A stretch of 64,000 nucleotides of DNA. It comes from Clostridia bacterium (GTDB taxonomy: Bacteria; Bacillota; Clostridia; CAKSNL01; HGM11501). The DNA lies in contig JAZNEB010000013.1 in NCBI GenBank assembly GCA_045588365.1, forward strand, positions 128,803-192,802. Direction: 5' to 3'. Under the pieces are notes generated by a model. That model had not been told where the DNA came from. It did no database searches and worked only from the letters and a program-made list of their open reading frames with translations. A program made the translations under genes and the position numbers. The first letter of the stretch is position 1, and each line of letters begins with the position of its first letter. Below, one piece after another: positions 54,558-64,000 of this stretch.

Positions 54558-56933
54558 GTGGCAAATATAAGAAAGAACTACACTTTGCCTTTAATACCTG
54601 TAAGAGGGCTTGTGGTGTTTCCTTTTATGGTGCTTCATTTTGATGTGGCAAGAGAAAAATCCATAAAGGCTCTGGAAGCAGCTATGCAGAAAGACCAGCT
54701 GGTACTTCTTTCAGCACAGAAAAATATTTCGCTGGAAGAGCCCTCGGCAGAAGATATATATTCTATCGGTTGTGTTGCAAAGGTTAAACAGATGCTTAAA
54801 GTTCCGGGAGGAACCATAAGGGTTTTAGTTGAGGGAATAAAAAGAGCAAAAATAAAGAAAATTGATTTTTCAAAGGACCATCTTGTGGCTTCGGCAACGG
54901 CATTTGACTCTGTTGCTGCAAGCTTTGAAGAAAACGATTATGAGGCGGTTTTAAGAAGAATTCACGAGCTTTTGAAAAAAGTTTCACAGCTTTCGGGACA
55001 GATAAATATAGATGTTATAAATAACATTTCCTTAAAGGACGACCCTTGTCAGCTTACAGATTCCATAGCAACAAATGTTTTCGTAAAGGTTGAGGACAAA
55101 CAGGCGGTTTTGGAGGAAGAGTCTGTGGCAGAACGTCTTTCTCTGGTAGTAAAGATTTTGTCAAGGGAAGCTGAGGTTTATGAATTAGAGCAGAAAATAG
55201 CAATAAAGACCAAAAAGCAGATTGATAAAAATCAAAAGGATTATCTTTTGAGAGAACAGATGAAGGTTATAAAAACCGAGCTTGGAGACGAAGAGGATGA
55301 GGGTGAATATTTAGAGCTTTTAGAAAAAGTTTATCTTCCTCCTGAGGTAAAAAAGAAAGCGGAGAAAGAAATAAAGCGTTTATCGACAATGCCCTTCGGA
55401 ACGGCGGAGATAGGCGTAATCAGACAGTGGCTTGATACGGTTTTTGAGCTTCCCTGGAAAGAGGAGGAGCTTTCAGAACCCTCCCTTGAAGAAGCCTGGG
55501 ACATACTGGAAAAAGACCACTATGGACTGTCCAAGGTAAAGGAAAGAATTATAGAATATCTTGCGGTTAGAAAGCTTTCGGATAATTTAAAAGGCCCCAT
55601 CATCTGCTTATACGGACCTCCCGGGGTGGGTAAAACCTCTATCGCCAGGTCTATAGCAAGAGCTACAGGCAGAGAATATGTAAGAATGAGTCTCGGCGGC
55701 ATAAAGGATGAGGCTGAAATAAGAGGGCACAGAAAAACCTATGTAGGAGCTATGCCCGGAAGAATTATAAATGCGGTAAAGCAGGCAAAGAGCAAAAACG
55801 CTTTAATATTGCTTGACGAAATAGATAAGCTCGGAAACGATTTTAAGGGAGACCCTGCGTCAGCAATGCTTGAGGTTTTGGACGGAGCGCAGAATTTTGC
55901 ATTCAGGGACCATTACCTGGAGCTTCCTTATGACTTATCCAAAATTTTATTTATAACCACAGCCAACAGCTTAAGTACAATTCCTCCTGCACTTTTAGAC
56001 AGACTTGAGGTAATTGAAATTTCAAGCTATACCAACGAGGAAAAATTAAAGATTGCAAAGAATTATTTAATTCCGAAGCTTCTTTTGGAAAACGGCCTTA
56101 AAAAGAAAGATGTAAGACTTTCCGATTCGGTGGTGGCAGAAATAATAGACGGCTACACAAAGGAAGCGGGAGTGAGAAACTTGGAAAGGGAGCTTTCCAC
56201 AGTTTTAAGAAAGGCAGCGACCTTAATTGTAAAGGGCGAGGGTAAGATAATTTCCATAACAGAGAAAAATCTCAAAAATTTCCTTGGAGTAAGAAAGTAC
56301 GAAAAGGATATTTTGGAAAAGGAAAATCCTCCGGGAGTTGTTACGGGCCTTGCCTGGACAAGTGTGGGAGGCGTTACCCTTACTGTTGAAGTCAGTGTCA
56401 TGGAAGGAACGGGAAAAATTGAACTCACGGGTTCACTTGGCGATGTTATGAAAGAATCTGCAAAGGCTTCCGTAAGTTATATAAGAAGCAGGGCAGAAGA
56501 TTTTCTTATTGACCCCGACTTTTACAAAAATAAGGATATTCACATTCATTTCCCCGAGGGTGCAACCCCCAAGGACGGACCTTCTGCAGGAATCACCATG
56601 GTAACTGCACTGGTAAGCGCCCTGACTAAAAAAAGTGCAAGGGCAGATGTTGCCATGACAGGTGAAATCACCTTGACTGGCAGAGTTCTTCCTATAGGAG
56701 GGCTTAAAGAAAAAATGCTCGCTGCGTACAGGGCAGGGGCGAAGAATGTGATAATTCCCTTTGACAACAAAAAGAACTTAGAGGATATCCCAAAAGAAAT
56801 TTTGGATAGAATAAAGGTTTATCCCGTTAAATATATAGACCAGGTAATAGAATTTGCCATAGGAGACTTAAAAAGGGAAAAGCTTTTAATAGTTCCTGAA
56901 AAGGGAAGCGAAGAAGTAAAAATAACCAACTGA
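54558..56933 (+). CDS. lon: ATP-dependent Lon protease
   Basis: LON N-domain, Walker A GPPGVGKTS, and the protease Ser-Lys site PKDGPSAGITM ... K. GTG 54558 lies 7 nt after AAGGAGGA. Confidence 0.9.
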   Translation: MANIRKNYTLPLIPVRGLVVFPFMVLHFDVAREKSIKALEAAMQKDQLVLLSAQKNISLEEPSAEDIYSIGCVAKVKQMLKVPGGTIRVLVEGIKRAKIKKIDFSKDHLVASATAFDSVAASFEENDYEAVLRRIHELLKKVSQLSGQINIDVINNISLKDDPCQLTDSIATNVFVKVEDKQAVLEEESVAERLSLVVKILSREAEVYELEQKIAIKTKKQIDKNQKDYLLREQMKVIKTELGDEEDEGEYLELLEKVYLPPEVKKKAEKEIKRLSTMPFGTAEIGVIRQWLDTVFELPWKEEELSEPSLEEAWDILEKDHYGLSKVKERIIEYLAVRKLSDNLKGPIICLYGPPGVGKTSIARSIARATGREYVRMSLGGIKDEAEIRGHRKTYVGAMPGRIINAVKQAKSKNALILLDEIDKLGNDFKGDPASAMLEVLDGAQNFAFRDHYLELPYDLSKILFITTANSLSTIPPALLDRLEVIEISSYTNEEKLKIAKNYLIPKLLLENGLKKKDVRLSDSVVAEIIDGYTKEAGVRNLERELSTVLRKAATLIVKGEGKIISITEKNLKNFLGVRKYEKDILEKENPPGVVTGLAWTSVGGVTLTVEVSVMEGTGKIELTGSLGDVMKESAKASVSYIRSRAEDFLIDPDFYKNKDIHIHFPEGATPKDGPSAGITMVTALVSALTKKSARADVAMTGEITLTGRVLPIGGLKEKMLAAYRAGAKNVIIPFDNKKNLEDIPKEILDRIKVYPVKYIDQVIEFAIGDLKREKLLIVPEKGSEEVKITN

Positions 56934-56948
56934 AAAGAAAGGGTGGTT

Positions 56949-57545
56949 ATGATGAATTTGAATAATGCCTCTTTGGTTATAAGTGCGGTAAAGGAGGCAC
57001 AGTACCCCAAGACAAAAATGCCTGAGGTGGCTTTTGCAGGCAGGTCAAATGTGGGTAAAAGCTCTTTCATAAATAAAATATTGGGTCGTAAAAATCTGGC
57101 AAGAACCTCCTCCAAGCCGGGAAAAACAGCTACCATAAATTTTTACAACATTGATGAAACCCTGATGCTTGTGGATTTGCCGGGTTACGGCTATGCTGAG
57201 GTTTCCAAGGCAGAAAAAGCCAAATGGGGTGAAATGATAAACCACTACCTATATACAAGAGAAAATTTAATGACTACATTTTTAGTGGTGGACTCACGGC
57301 ACAAGCCTACGAAAGACGATATTTCCATGTATGCATTCTTAAAAGAAAGTCAGGATTGTGTAATCGTAATTGCAACCAAGTGCGACAAGGTGAAAAAGTC
57401 AGAGCTTTCTAAAAATATCGAAACAATAAAGGAAACGCTTTCGCTAAACGAAGATGATTTGCTTATACCTTTTTCTTCGGAAACGGGATTGGGAGTAGAT
57501 GAGGCATGGGAGGTACTCAATGACATTGTTAGCCAAAGCCTTTGA
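56949..57545 (+). CDS. engB: Ribosome-biogenesis GTPase EngB/YsxC/YihA
   Basis: GRSNVGKSS (G1), DLPGYG (G3) and TKCDK (G4), plus lon-engB synteny. Confidence 0.9.
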   Translation: MMNLNNASLVISAVKEAQYPKTKMPEVAFAGRSNVGKSSFINKILGRKNLARTSSKPGKTATINFYNIDETLMLVDLPGYGYAEVSKAEKAKWGEMINHYLYTRENLMTTFLVVDSRHKPTKDDISMYAFLKESQDCVIVIATKCDKVKKSELSKNIETIKETLSLNEDDLLIPFSSETGLGVDEAWEVLNDIVSQSL

Positions 57546-57966
57546 AATCGCCTTCAATCAGGCGGAAATTGCCCTGTCTGAGGGAGAAATACCTGTAGGA
57601 GCGGTGGTTTTTTCGGACCAGAAAATTATAGCTTTTGCTCACAACAAAAGAGAGGGAGATAAAAGCCCCACGGCTCACGCTGAAATTTTAGCGATAGAAG
57701 AGGCAGCAAGAAAAGTGGGGGACTGGCGTCTTTCAGATTTGAGCATTGCCGTAACCTTAGAGCCGTGTGTAATGTGTACAGGTGCAATCATAAATTCAAG
57801 AATTAAAAATGTATATTTTTCCGCATATGACCGTGATGCAGGAGCTATGGGAGGAAAAATCAATGTACTTCCCAGAAGGGTAATGGTATGCGGAGGGATT
57901 TTTAAGGAAAAAGGAGAAGAAATATTAGCTCGCTTTTTCAAGGAAGTAAGAAAGGGGAAAGAATAA
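57520..57966 (+). CDS. tadA: tRNA adenosine(34) deaminase
   Basis: HAEILAI and PCVMCTGA zinc-binding motifs. ATG 57520 follows GGGAGG. Confidence 0.9.
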   Translation: MTLLAKAFEIAFNQAEIALSEGEIPVGAVVFSDQKIIAFAHNKREGDKSPTAHAEILAIEEAARKVGDWRLSDLSIAVTLEPCVMCTGAIINSRIKNVYFSAYDRDAGAMGGKINVLPRRVMVCGGIFKEKGEEILARFFKEVRKGKE

Positions 57967-59885
57967 TGGAAAAGGAAAAATTTTATATAACCACAGCCAT
58001 TGCCTACACCTCAAGAAAGCCTCATATAGGAAATACCTACGAGGTTGTTTTAACTGATGCAATAGCAAGATATAACCGTTTAATCGGTAAGGATGTGTTC
58101 TTTCTGACAGGCACGGATGAGCATGGTCAGAAAATCGAGGACTGCGCAAGGGAAGCAGGAATAACACCCAAGGCATATGTTGATAAGGTGGCAGGGGAAA
58201 TAAAGGACATCTGGGATTTGATGGGTGCAAGCTATGACAAGTTTATAAGAACAACAGATGCTGACCATGAAGCAGTTGTTCAGAAGATATTCAAAAAGTT
58301 CTACGACCAGGGGGATATCTATAAAGGCTCCTACGAGGGACTTTACTGTGTGCCCTGCGAATCTTTCTTTACCGAAACCCAGGCAGAGGGAGGAATTTGT
58401 CCCGACTGCGGAAGACCTGTGAAGAAAACCCATGAAGAAGCATACTTTTTCAAAATGAGCAAATATCAGGACAGACTCATGAAGCATATTGAGGAAAATC
58501 CCGATTTCATTCAGCCTGAAGCAAGAAAGAAGGAAATGATAAATAACTTCTTAAAGCCGGGACTTCAGGATTTGTGCGTATCAAGAACATCATTTAAATG
58601 GGGCGTTCCGGTTTCTTTCGATGACAAGCACGTTATTTATGTGTGGATTGACGCTTTATCCAACTATATCACTGCTTTAGGTTATGACACGGAAGGATCA
58701 AAGGAACTTTATAAAAAGTACTGGCCTGCAAACGTTCACATTATTGGTAAAGACATTCTTCGTTTCCACACCATATACTGGCCCATAATGCTTATGGCAT
58801 TAGGCGAGCCTCTGCCCAAGCAGATTTTCGGTCATCCCTGGCTTTTATCAGGGGGAGACAAGATGAGTAAGTCCAAGGGCAACGTTTTGTATGCCGATGA
58901 TCTTGTCCGCCATTTCGGGGTTGATGCAATCCGCTATTATGTACTTCGTGAAATGCCCTTTGCATCTGACGGAACTATCACTTTGGAAACTATTATCTCA
59001 AGATATAATTCCGACCTTGCTAATACCTTGGGTAACTTAGTTAACCGTACCGTTGCCATGATAAATAAATATTTTGGCGGCGAGGTTGAAAATAAGGGCG
59101 TAGCAGAAGCGGTTGACGCTGAATTAAAGGCAGAGGGTGTAAATACCGTTAAGGCTGTAGCTGAATCCATGGCATCATTGCGTGTGGCAGATTCCCTGGA
59201 GGCTATATTCAATCTGGCAAGAAGAAGCAATAAATATATTGACGAAACTCTTCCCTGGGCACTTGCCAAGGATGAGGACAAGAAAGACCGACTTATGACA
59301 GTTTTATATAATCTGGCAGAGTCTTTGAGAGTTATAGGTGTCCTTCTTTCAGCATTTATGCCCGAGACAGGAAAGAGCATTTTAGAGGTTTTGGGAGCAA
59401 CGGATTCTGCCTACGATTCCATCTTGTTCTTTGATGAGGAAAGATGCGTTAAGGTAGGAGCGGCCCATCCTCTTTTCGCAAGACTTGACGAAGCAAAGAA
59501 GCTTGAAGAAGTATCAAATGACCTTTTCAAAGAAGAGGTAAAAGAAGAAATTAAGATTGATGATACCATCTCCATTGAAGATTTTGCTAAAATCAAGCTT
59601 AAAACAGCTAAGGTGCTTTCTGCAGAAAGGGTAGAAAAGGCAGATAAGCTTTTGAAACTTACCGTTCAGCTCGGCGATGAAGTAAGATGTGTGGTTTCGG
59701 GAATTGCAAAAAGCTATACACCCGAAGATATGGTAGGTAAGACGGTTATTTTAATATCCAACTTAAAGCCTGCAAAAATCCGTGGAATTGAGTCAAACGG
59801 AATGATTCTGGCAACTTGTGATGACGGGGAAATCAACTTAATTACCACCGACAAAGAAGGAAAGAGTGGCTTGGAGGTTGGCTGA
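57966..59885 (+). CDS. metG: Methionine--tRNA ligase with a C-terminal tRNA-binding (EMAP/Trbp111-like) domain
   Basis: HIGN (HIGH variant) and KMSKS motifs, a zinc knuckle CVPCESF ... CPDCG, and a C-terminal OB domain. Confidence 0.9.
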   Translation: MEKEKFYITTAIAYTSRKPHIGNTYEVVLTDAIARYNRLIGKDVFFLTGTDEHGQKIEDCAREAGITPKAYVDKVAGEIKDIWDLMGASYDKFIRTTDADHEAVVQKIFKKFYDQGDIYKGSYEGLYCVPCESFFTETQAEGGICPDCGRPVKKTHEEAYFFKMSKYQDRLMKHIEENPDFIQPEARKKEMINNFLKPGLQDLCVSRTSFKWGVPVSFDDKHVIYVWIDALSNYITALGYDTEGSKELYKKYWPANVHIIGKDILRFHTIYWPIMLMALGEPLPKQIFGHPWLLSGGDKMSKSKGNVLYADDLVRHFGVDAIRYYVLREMPFASDGTITLETIISRYNSDLANTLGNLVNRTVAMINKYFGGEVENKGVAEAVDAELKAEGVNTVKAVAESMASLRVADSLEAIFNLARRSNKYIDETLPWALAKDEDKKDRLMTVLYNLAESLRVIGVLLSAFMPETGKSILEVLGATDSAYDSILFFDEERCVKVGAAHPLFARLDEAKKLEEVSNDLFKEEVKEEIKIDDTISIEDFAKIKLKTAKVLSAERVEKADKLLKLTVQLGDEVRCVVSGIAKSYTPEDMVGKTVILISNLKPAKIRGIESNGMILATCDDGEINLITTDKEGKSGLEVG

Positions 59886-60646
59886 TGATTTTCGATACCC
59901 ATGCTCACTATTATTCAGAGGAATATGACCAAGACAGAGGCGAGGTACTTAATACCTTAGCTGAAAAGGGCGTAGGCTATGTAATAAACTGCGGATGTGA
60001 TGTAGAGACCACCGAAAAATGCCTTGCCATGGCAGAGGAATACGACTTTTTATATGCTTCTGCAGGCTTTCATCCCGGGCATATGGAACTTTTTAAGGAA
60101 GGGACTTTAGATGAGATAGAAAAGCTTTCTTTCCATAAAAAATGTGTAGCAATAGGAGAAATCGGTCTTGACTATCACTACGGCAAGGATTACAAGGAAG
60201 AACAAAAACTGATTTTTGCAAAGCAGATAGAAATTGCAAACAGAAGAAATCTTCCCATAATTGTCCATGAAAGAGAAGCATTTTCCGACTGTATGGAAAT
60301 CTTAAAAAGGGAAAACCCGAAAAGCGGAGTTATGCACAGCTTTTCAGGGAACAAGGTAACCTTGTTTGAGGTTCTGGAATTGGGAATGTATATAGGCGTC
60401 GGGGGAATGCTCACCTTCAAGAACAATGTGAAAACCGTAGAGATGTGTCCTTTAATACCAAAGGACAGGCTTTTGCTTGAAACCGATTGTCCTTATCTTG
60501 CACCCACTCCCATGAGGGGAAAGAGAAATCATTCAGCCTATATAGATTATGTGGCAGAGAAGGTGGCCCAGCTCTGGAAAACCACCAAAGAAGAGGTTTT
60601 GGAAGCTTCCTTTAAAAATGCAAAAAGATTATTCAATATTAGATAG
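59885..60646 (+). CDS. tatD: TatD-family metal-dependent hydrolase
   Basis: FDTHAH ... IGEIGLDY ... HEREA ... HSFSG ... ETDCPYL motifs. Confidence 0.9.
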   Translation: MIFDTHAHYYSEEYDQDRGEVLNTLAEKGVGYVINCGCDVETTEKCLAMAEEYDFLYASAGFHPGHMELFKEGTLDEIEKLSFHKKCVAIGEIGLDYHYGKDYKEEQKLIFAKQIEIANRRNLPIIVHEREAFSDCMEILKRENPKSGVMHSFSGNKVTLFEVLELGMYIGVGGMLTFKNNVKTVEMCPLIPKDRLLLETDCPYLAPTPMRGKRNHSAYIDYVAEKVAQLWKTTKEEVLEASFKNAKRLFNIR

Positions 60647-60771
60647 CCTTAAAAATTCAAAAAAGGAGGCGTGCGGTGTTGCTTGCCTGAGTAGTGCCGT
60701 TGCCTTCTTGTTTTTTTGGTAAATGTATATAAAAGGGAATAAAAAAATAATTTTTTTGGTTAAAAATTTCA

Positions 60772-60800
60772 TTGACGAATAGATTTTTTCGTGTTATAAT
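60772..60800 (+). promoter_or_regulatory. Sigma-A-type promoter of the ACT-hom-thrB-ask operon
   Basis: -35 TTGACG (60772-60777), 17-nt spacer, -10 TATAAT (60795-60800). Confidence 0.55.
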
Positions 60801-60841
60801 CTATTCATTAAGCACATTTGTTTTTGGGAGGTGGACAAAAT

Positions 60842-61276
60842 ATGAGCAAAAATTCTTTGGTTTTAGTTGACTTAAAGGTTCTTCCTGAGGTTTATCAGAA
60901 GGTGCTTTCGGCAAAAAAGCTTCTGGCAGACGGAGAGTGCAGGGAGATAAGCGATGCAGTCAAGAAGGTGGGCCTGTCAAGAAGCGCCTATTATAAATAT
61001 AAGGACTATGTTTTCCCCTTTAATCAGATGCAGGGAATAATAACCTTGTTTTTCGTGGTTTCGGATATAACAGGCGTGCTTTCTTCAATTTTGTCCTTAC
61101 TTGCTGAAGCGAGAATAAATGTACTTACAATAAATCAGAGCATTCCCGTAAATTCTGTTGCCAATGTTACCATAAGCGTGCAGAATAATTTATCGGATGT
61201 ACCTCTGCAGGAGCTCATTGACAACTTAGGAAGCCTTAAAGGCGTTAAGGATGTCAAGGTTCTGGCAAGACAATAA
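60842..61276 (+). CDS. ACT-domain protein (UPF0735/PheB-like)
   Basis: N-terminal HTH-like segment (AVKKVGLSRSAYYKYKD) plus a C-terminal ACT fold. ATG 60842 follows GGGAGG. Confidence 0.75.
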   Translation: MSKNSLVLVDLKVLPEVYQKVLSAKKLLADGECREISDAVKKVGLSRSAYYKYKDYVFPFNQMQGIITLFFVVSDITGVLSSILSLLAEARINVLTINQSIPVNSVANVTISVQNNLSDVPLQELIDNLGSLKGVKDVKVLARQ

Positions 61277-61292
61277 AAAGGAGAATAACACA

Positions 61293-62504
61293 ATGAAAAA
61301 AGTAGCAATATTAGGTTTTGGAACTGTGGGCAGCGGAGTGTATGAGGTTCTTTGTCAAAACAAGGAAAATGTGGCAAGAACCGTGGGAGAAGAGGTATCT
61401 GTCAAGTATATTCTTGATATAAGAGATTTTTCTGACAGAGAAGATGCTCACATTTTCACAAAAAATTTTGATGATATATTAAATGATAAAGAAATTTCGG
61501 TAGTAGCAGAAGTGATAGGCGGAATAAATCCTGCCTATGACTTTACAAAAAAGGCTCTTGAAAATGGTAAAAATGTTGTTACCTCAAATAAAGAGCTGGT
61601 TGCAACAAAGGGTGTGGAGCTTTTAGAGATTGCAAGAAAAAATAAGGTTAATTACCTTTTTGAAGCATCTGTGGGCGGCGGAATTCCCGTTATTGCTCCC
61701 ATACACGAATTTCTTTGCCAGAATGAGATAAAGGAAGTGGGCGGTATATTAAACGGCACCACTAATTACATCCTGACCGAGATGTTTGAAAAGGGCAGGG
61801 ATTTTTCCGAAGCTTTGGCGGAGGCTCAGGAGCTTGGATATGCAGAAAGAAACCCCGAAGCTGACGTTGAAGGACACGATGCCTGCCGTAAGATTGCAAT
61901 TTTAATGTCTATGATAACTGGCAAATTTTTGGATTCTGCGTATATTAAAACCAAGGGAATAACAGATATTGATAAGGTGGACGTGGCATATGCTGAAAAG
62001 CTTGACTCGGTAATTAAGCTTGTGGCATACGGCAGAAATACCGAAGAAGGCTTGTACGCCCATGTATCTCCTGCCTTGGTTAAAAAGGATGATCCCTTAG
62101 CATCTGTAAGAAGCGTTTTCAATGCAGTTTATGCAGTGGGTAATGCGGTGGGAAAGGTTATGTTCTACGGCAGAGGTGCAGGAAAAATGCCCACAGCAAG
62201 CGCAGTAGTAGCGGATATTTGCTCATCTCTTAAGGACAACAAGGATAAAGGGTATTTCTGGGAAGAAAAGAAAGATGCCTATATACCCTTCAGCGAGGCA
62301 TATGAAAGCTATTTTATAAGAGTTGATGCAAAAGATAAGGATAAGGTTTTAATTAAATTTTCTGATGTTTCATTCGTAAAGCTTACGGGAAGGGAAGATG
62401 AAGTTGCATTTATAAGTCCCGTTATTAAAAACAAGGACCTGGCAGAGCTTCTTTCAGATATTAACGTTATAAAGAAAATACGCATTTTCGGGGCAGACGA
62501 ATGA
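61293..62504 (+). CDS. hom: Homoserine dehydrogenase
   Basis: ILGFGTVGSG Rossmann fold, catalytic-domain motifs (NGTTNYIL ... GYAE.DP..DV.G.DA) and a C-terminal ACT-like domain. Confidence 0.9.
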   Translation: MKKVAILGFGTVGSGVYEVLCQNKENVARTVGEEVSVKYILDIRDFSDREDAHIFTKNFDDILNDKEISVVAEVIGGINPAYDFTKKALENGKNVVTSNKELVATKGVELLEIARKNKVNYLFEASVGGGIPVIAPIHEFLCQNEIKEVGGILNGTTNYILTEMFEKGRDFSEALAEAQELGYAERNPEADVEGHDACRKIAILMSMITGKFLDSAYIKTKGITDIDKVDVAYAEKLDSVIKLVAYGRNTEEGLYAHVSPALVKKDDPLASVRSVFNAVYAVGNAVGKVMFYGRGAGKMPTASAVVADICSSLKDNKDKGYFWEEKKDAYIPFSEAYESYFIRVDAKDKDKVLIKFSDVSFVKLTGREDEVAFISPVIKNKDLAELLSDINVIKKIRIFGADE

Positions 62505-63394
62505 TAAAGGTAAGAGTTCCGGCAACCAGTGCTAATTTAGGACCGGGCTTTGACTCATTGGGAGTGGCGTTAGAACTTTATAACGAAATAGAAATAGAAG
62601 AAACAGAAAAAGGGATTGAGATTATTCAGGAGGGACTTTATAAAAGAAGCTTCCCTCCGGAGCAAAATCTCTTATACAGATCCATGAAGACGGTTTTTGA
62701 CCAATGCGGAAAACATCCTCATGGACTTAAGATAAAGGTTAAAACAAACATTCCTCCCACAAGGGGATTAGGCTCAAGTGCAGCCTGCATTATAGGGGGA
62801 ATGGTGGGAGCCAATGCCATATACGGACTTTTGGGACCAAAGGATATACTTGCTCTTGCTTCAAAAATGGAAAACCATCCCGATAATGTGGTTCCCTGCC
62901 TTATCGGAGGCTTTGCAGTAAGCTATTTTGACGGAGAAAATGTGATTTACAATAAAATAAATATGCCCCGGGAGCTTAGTCTTCTTGCGGTTTATCCCGA
63001 CTCTAAGTTAAATACGGGAAAATCAAGGGGGGCTTTACCGAAAACCGTTTCCCTTAAGGATGCGGCATATACGGGAGCACACAGTGCCCTTTTGGTTTCG
63101 GCTCTGGCAACAGGCAAATTTAATCTTTTATCCGAGGCTATGGAAGACAGGATTCATCAGCCCTACAGAAAGAAAATCATTCCCTATATGGAAGAAATAT
63201 TTTCCTTATATAAGGACATAAACGTTCTTGGTTCCTATTTAAGCGGAAGCGGACCTTCAGTTGCGGCAATTATAAAGGCCAAGGATAAGGAAAAAATAAA
63301 AAAAGAAGTAAGCAAAAGATTAGAGGGTAAAAATCTGAATGTCGAAATTTTTAATTTTAACAATTCAGGCACCTTCGTTCAAAAAATAAATTAG
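62501..63394 (+). CDS. thrB: Homoserine kinase
   Basis: GHMP kinase motifs VPATSANLGPGFD and PPTRGLGSSAA. It overlaps the hom stop. Confidence 0.9.
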   Translation: MIKVRVPATSANLGPGFDSLGVALELYNEIEIEETEKGIEIIQEGLYKRSFPPEQNLLYRSMKTVFDQCGKHPHGLKIKVKTNIPPTRGLGSSAACIIGGMVGANAIYGLLGPKDILALASKMENHPDNVVPCLIGGFAVSYFDGENVIYNKINMPRELSLLAVYPDSKLNTGKSRGALPKTVSLKDAAYTGAHSALLVSALATGKFNLLSEAMEDRIHQPYRKKIIPYMEEIFSLYKDINVLGSYLSGSGPSVAAIIKAKDKEKIKKEVSKRLEGKNLNVEIFNFNNSGTFVQKIN

Positions 63395-63419
63395 ACCTAT
63401 AAAGAAAGGATTGATAAAT

Positions 63420-64000
63420 ATGTTGATAGTGCAAAAGTTCGGCGGAAGCTCTGTTGCAAATAAAGAAAGAGTTTTCAATGTTGCCGAGAGAATTGCGGAA
63501 ACTTACAGAAACGGAAACAGCGTAGTAGTAACAGTTTCTGCCCAGGGCGATACAACAGATGAATTGATTGAAAAGGCAATGGAAATCAATGAAAAGCCTT
63601 CCAGGAGAGAAATGGATATGCTTCTTTCCACAGGTGAGCAGATTTCAATTTCACTTCTTGCTATGGCTTTAGAAAAGCTGGGAGTGCCCGCTATTTCCTT
63701 AACAGGCTGGCAGGCAGGTGTTCATACGGACTCGAAATATTCCGTTGCAAAAATCAAGAAAATAAATACGGAAAGAATTTTATCTGAGCTTGATGCAAAA
63801 AAGGTTGTTATCGTTGCAGGCTTCCAGGGTATAAATAAGTACGACGACATCACAACTTTAGGTCGAGGCGGAAGCGATACATCTGCAGTGGCGCTGGCAG
63901 CTGCACTTCATGCAGACCGCTGTCAGATTTATACAGATGTTGACGGCGTATTCACAACAGACCCCAGAATTTGTCCCGAGGCTAAAAAGCTTTCTGAAAT
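63420..64000 (+). CDS. Aspartate kinase (3' end truncated by the window edge)
   Basis: MLIVQKFGGSSV ... VVVTVSAQGDTTDEL ... GRGGSDTSA motifs. The ORF runs to the end of the window. Confidence 0.85.
   Translation, partial: MLIVQKFGGSSVANKERVFNVAERIAETYRNGNSVVVTVSAQGDTTDELIEKAMEINEKPSRREMDMLLSTGEQISISLLAMALEKLGVPAISLTGWQAGVHTDSKYSVAKIKKINTERILSELDAKKVVIVAGFQGINKYDDITTLGRGGSDTSAVALAAALHADRCQIYTDVDGVFTTDPRICPEAKKLSE

Overview
This is a 64-kb chromosomal window from a low-GC Firmicute that looks like a member of the Clostridia. That placement is an inference from gene content and order, an SLH-domain protein, AT-rich intergenic regions and GGAGG-type RBSs. Most of the window is + strand housekeeping: pyrH-frr-uppS-cdsA-dxr-rseP, nusB-xseA-xseB-ispA, a PAP2 protein, dgt, dnaG-rpoD, trmK, nif3, a Ca-ATPase, lon-engB, tadA-metG-tatD, and ACT-hom-thrB-ask (truncated at the window edge). 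Five accessory or unusual segments interrupt it. (1) 1-4.8 kb is a decayed mobile region with a 5'-truncated IS3 transposase, an XRE regulator, a barnase-type RNase toxin fused to only the last ~55 aa of a phage MuF domain, and its barstar immunity gene. (2) 5.8-11.4 kb holds an orphan glycyl-radical enzyme (no activase in the window) in an operon with a class II aldolase. It is convergent with kdgK and a KDPG-aldolase::VOC fusion. (3) 12.3-24.7 kb is one tightly coupled 13-gene operon. It links an LDH-family dehydrogenase carrying Arg at the malate/lactate specificity position, HdrBCA, FlxDCBA-like NAD(P)H modules, a soluble FrdBA-like fumarate reductase, an AAEx-family transporter and a two-subunit class I fumarase. 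I read it as a candidate cytoplasmic Flx-Hdr-coupled (possibly electron-bifurcating) fumarate-reduction system, and it is the strongest candidate for an undescribed system here. (4) 24.7-31.3 kb holds a 2011-aa Sec-signal RHS/YD cocoon protein with a beta-propeller insert, an unassigned C-terminal toxin and a small immunity gene. A GC-rich five-copy tandem repeat lies just past the immunity gene's stop codon. (5) 47.4-48.4 kb is a small islet of two orphan ORFs framed by direct and inverted copies of a sequence that duplicates the 3' end of nif3. Other items are a GC-rich structured element downstream of a DUF1292 gene, a nested inverted-repeat element between dgt and dnaG, and a frameshifted CE15-like esterase. 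All family assignments come from motif recognition by eye; no database search was run.
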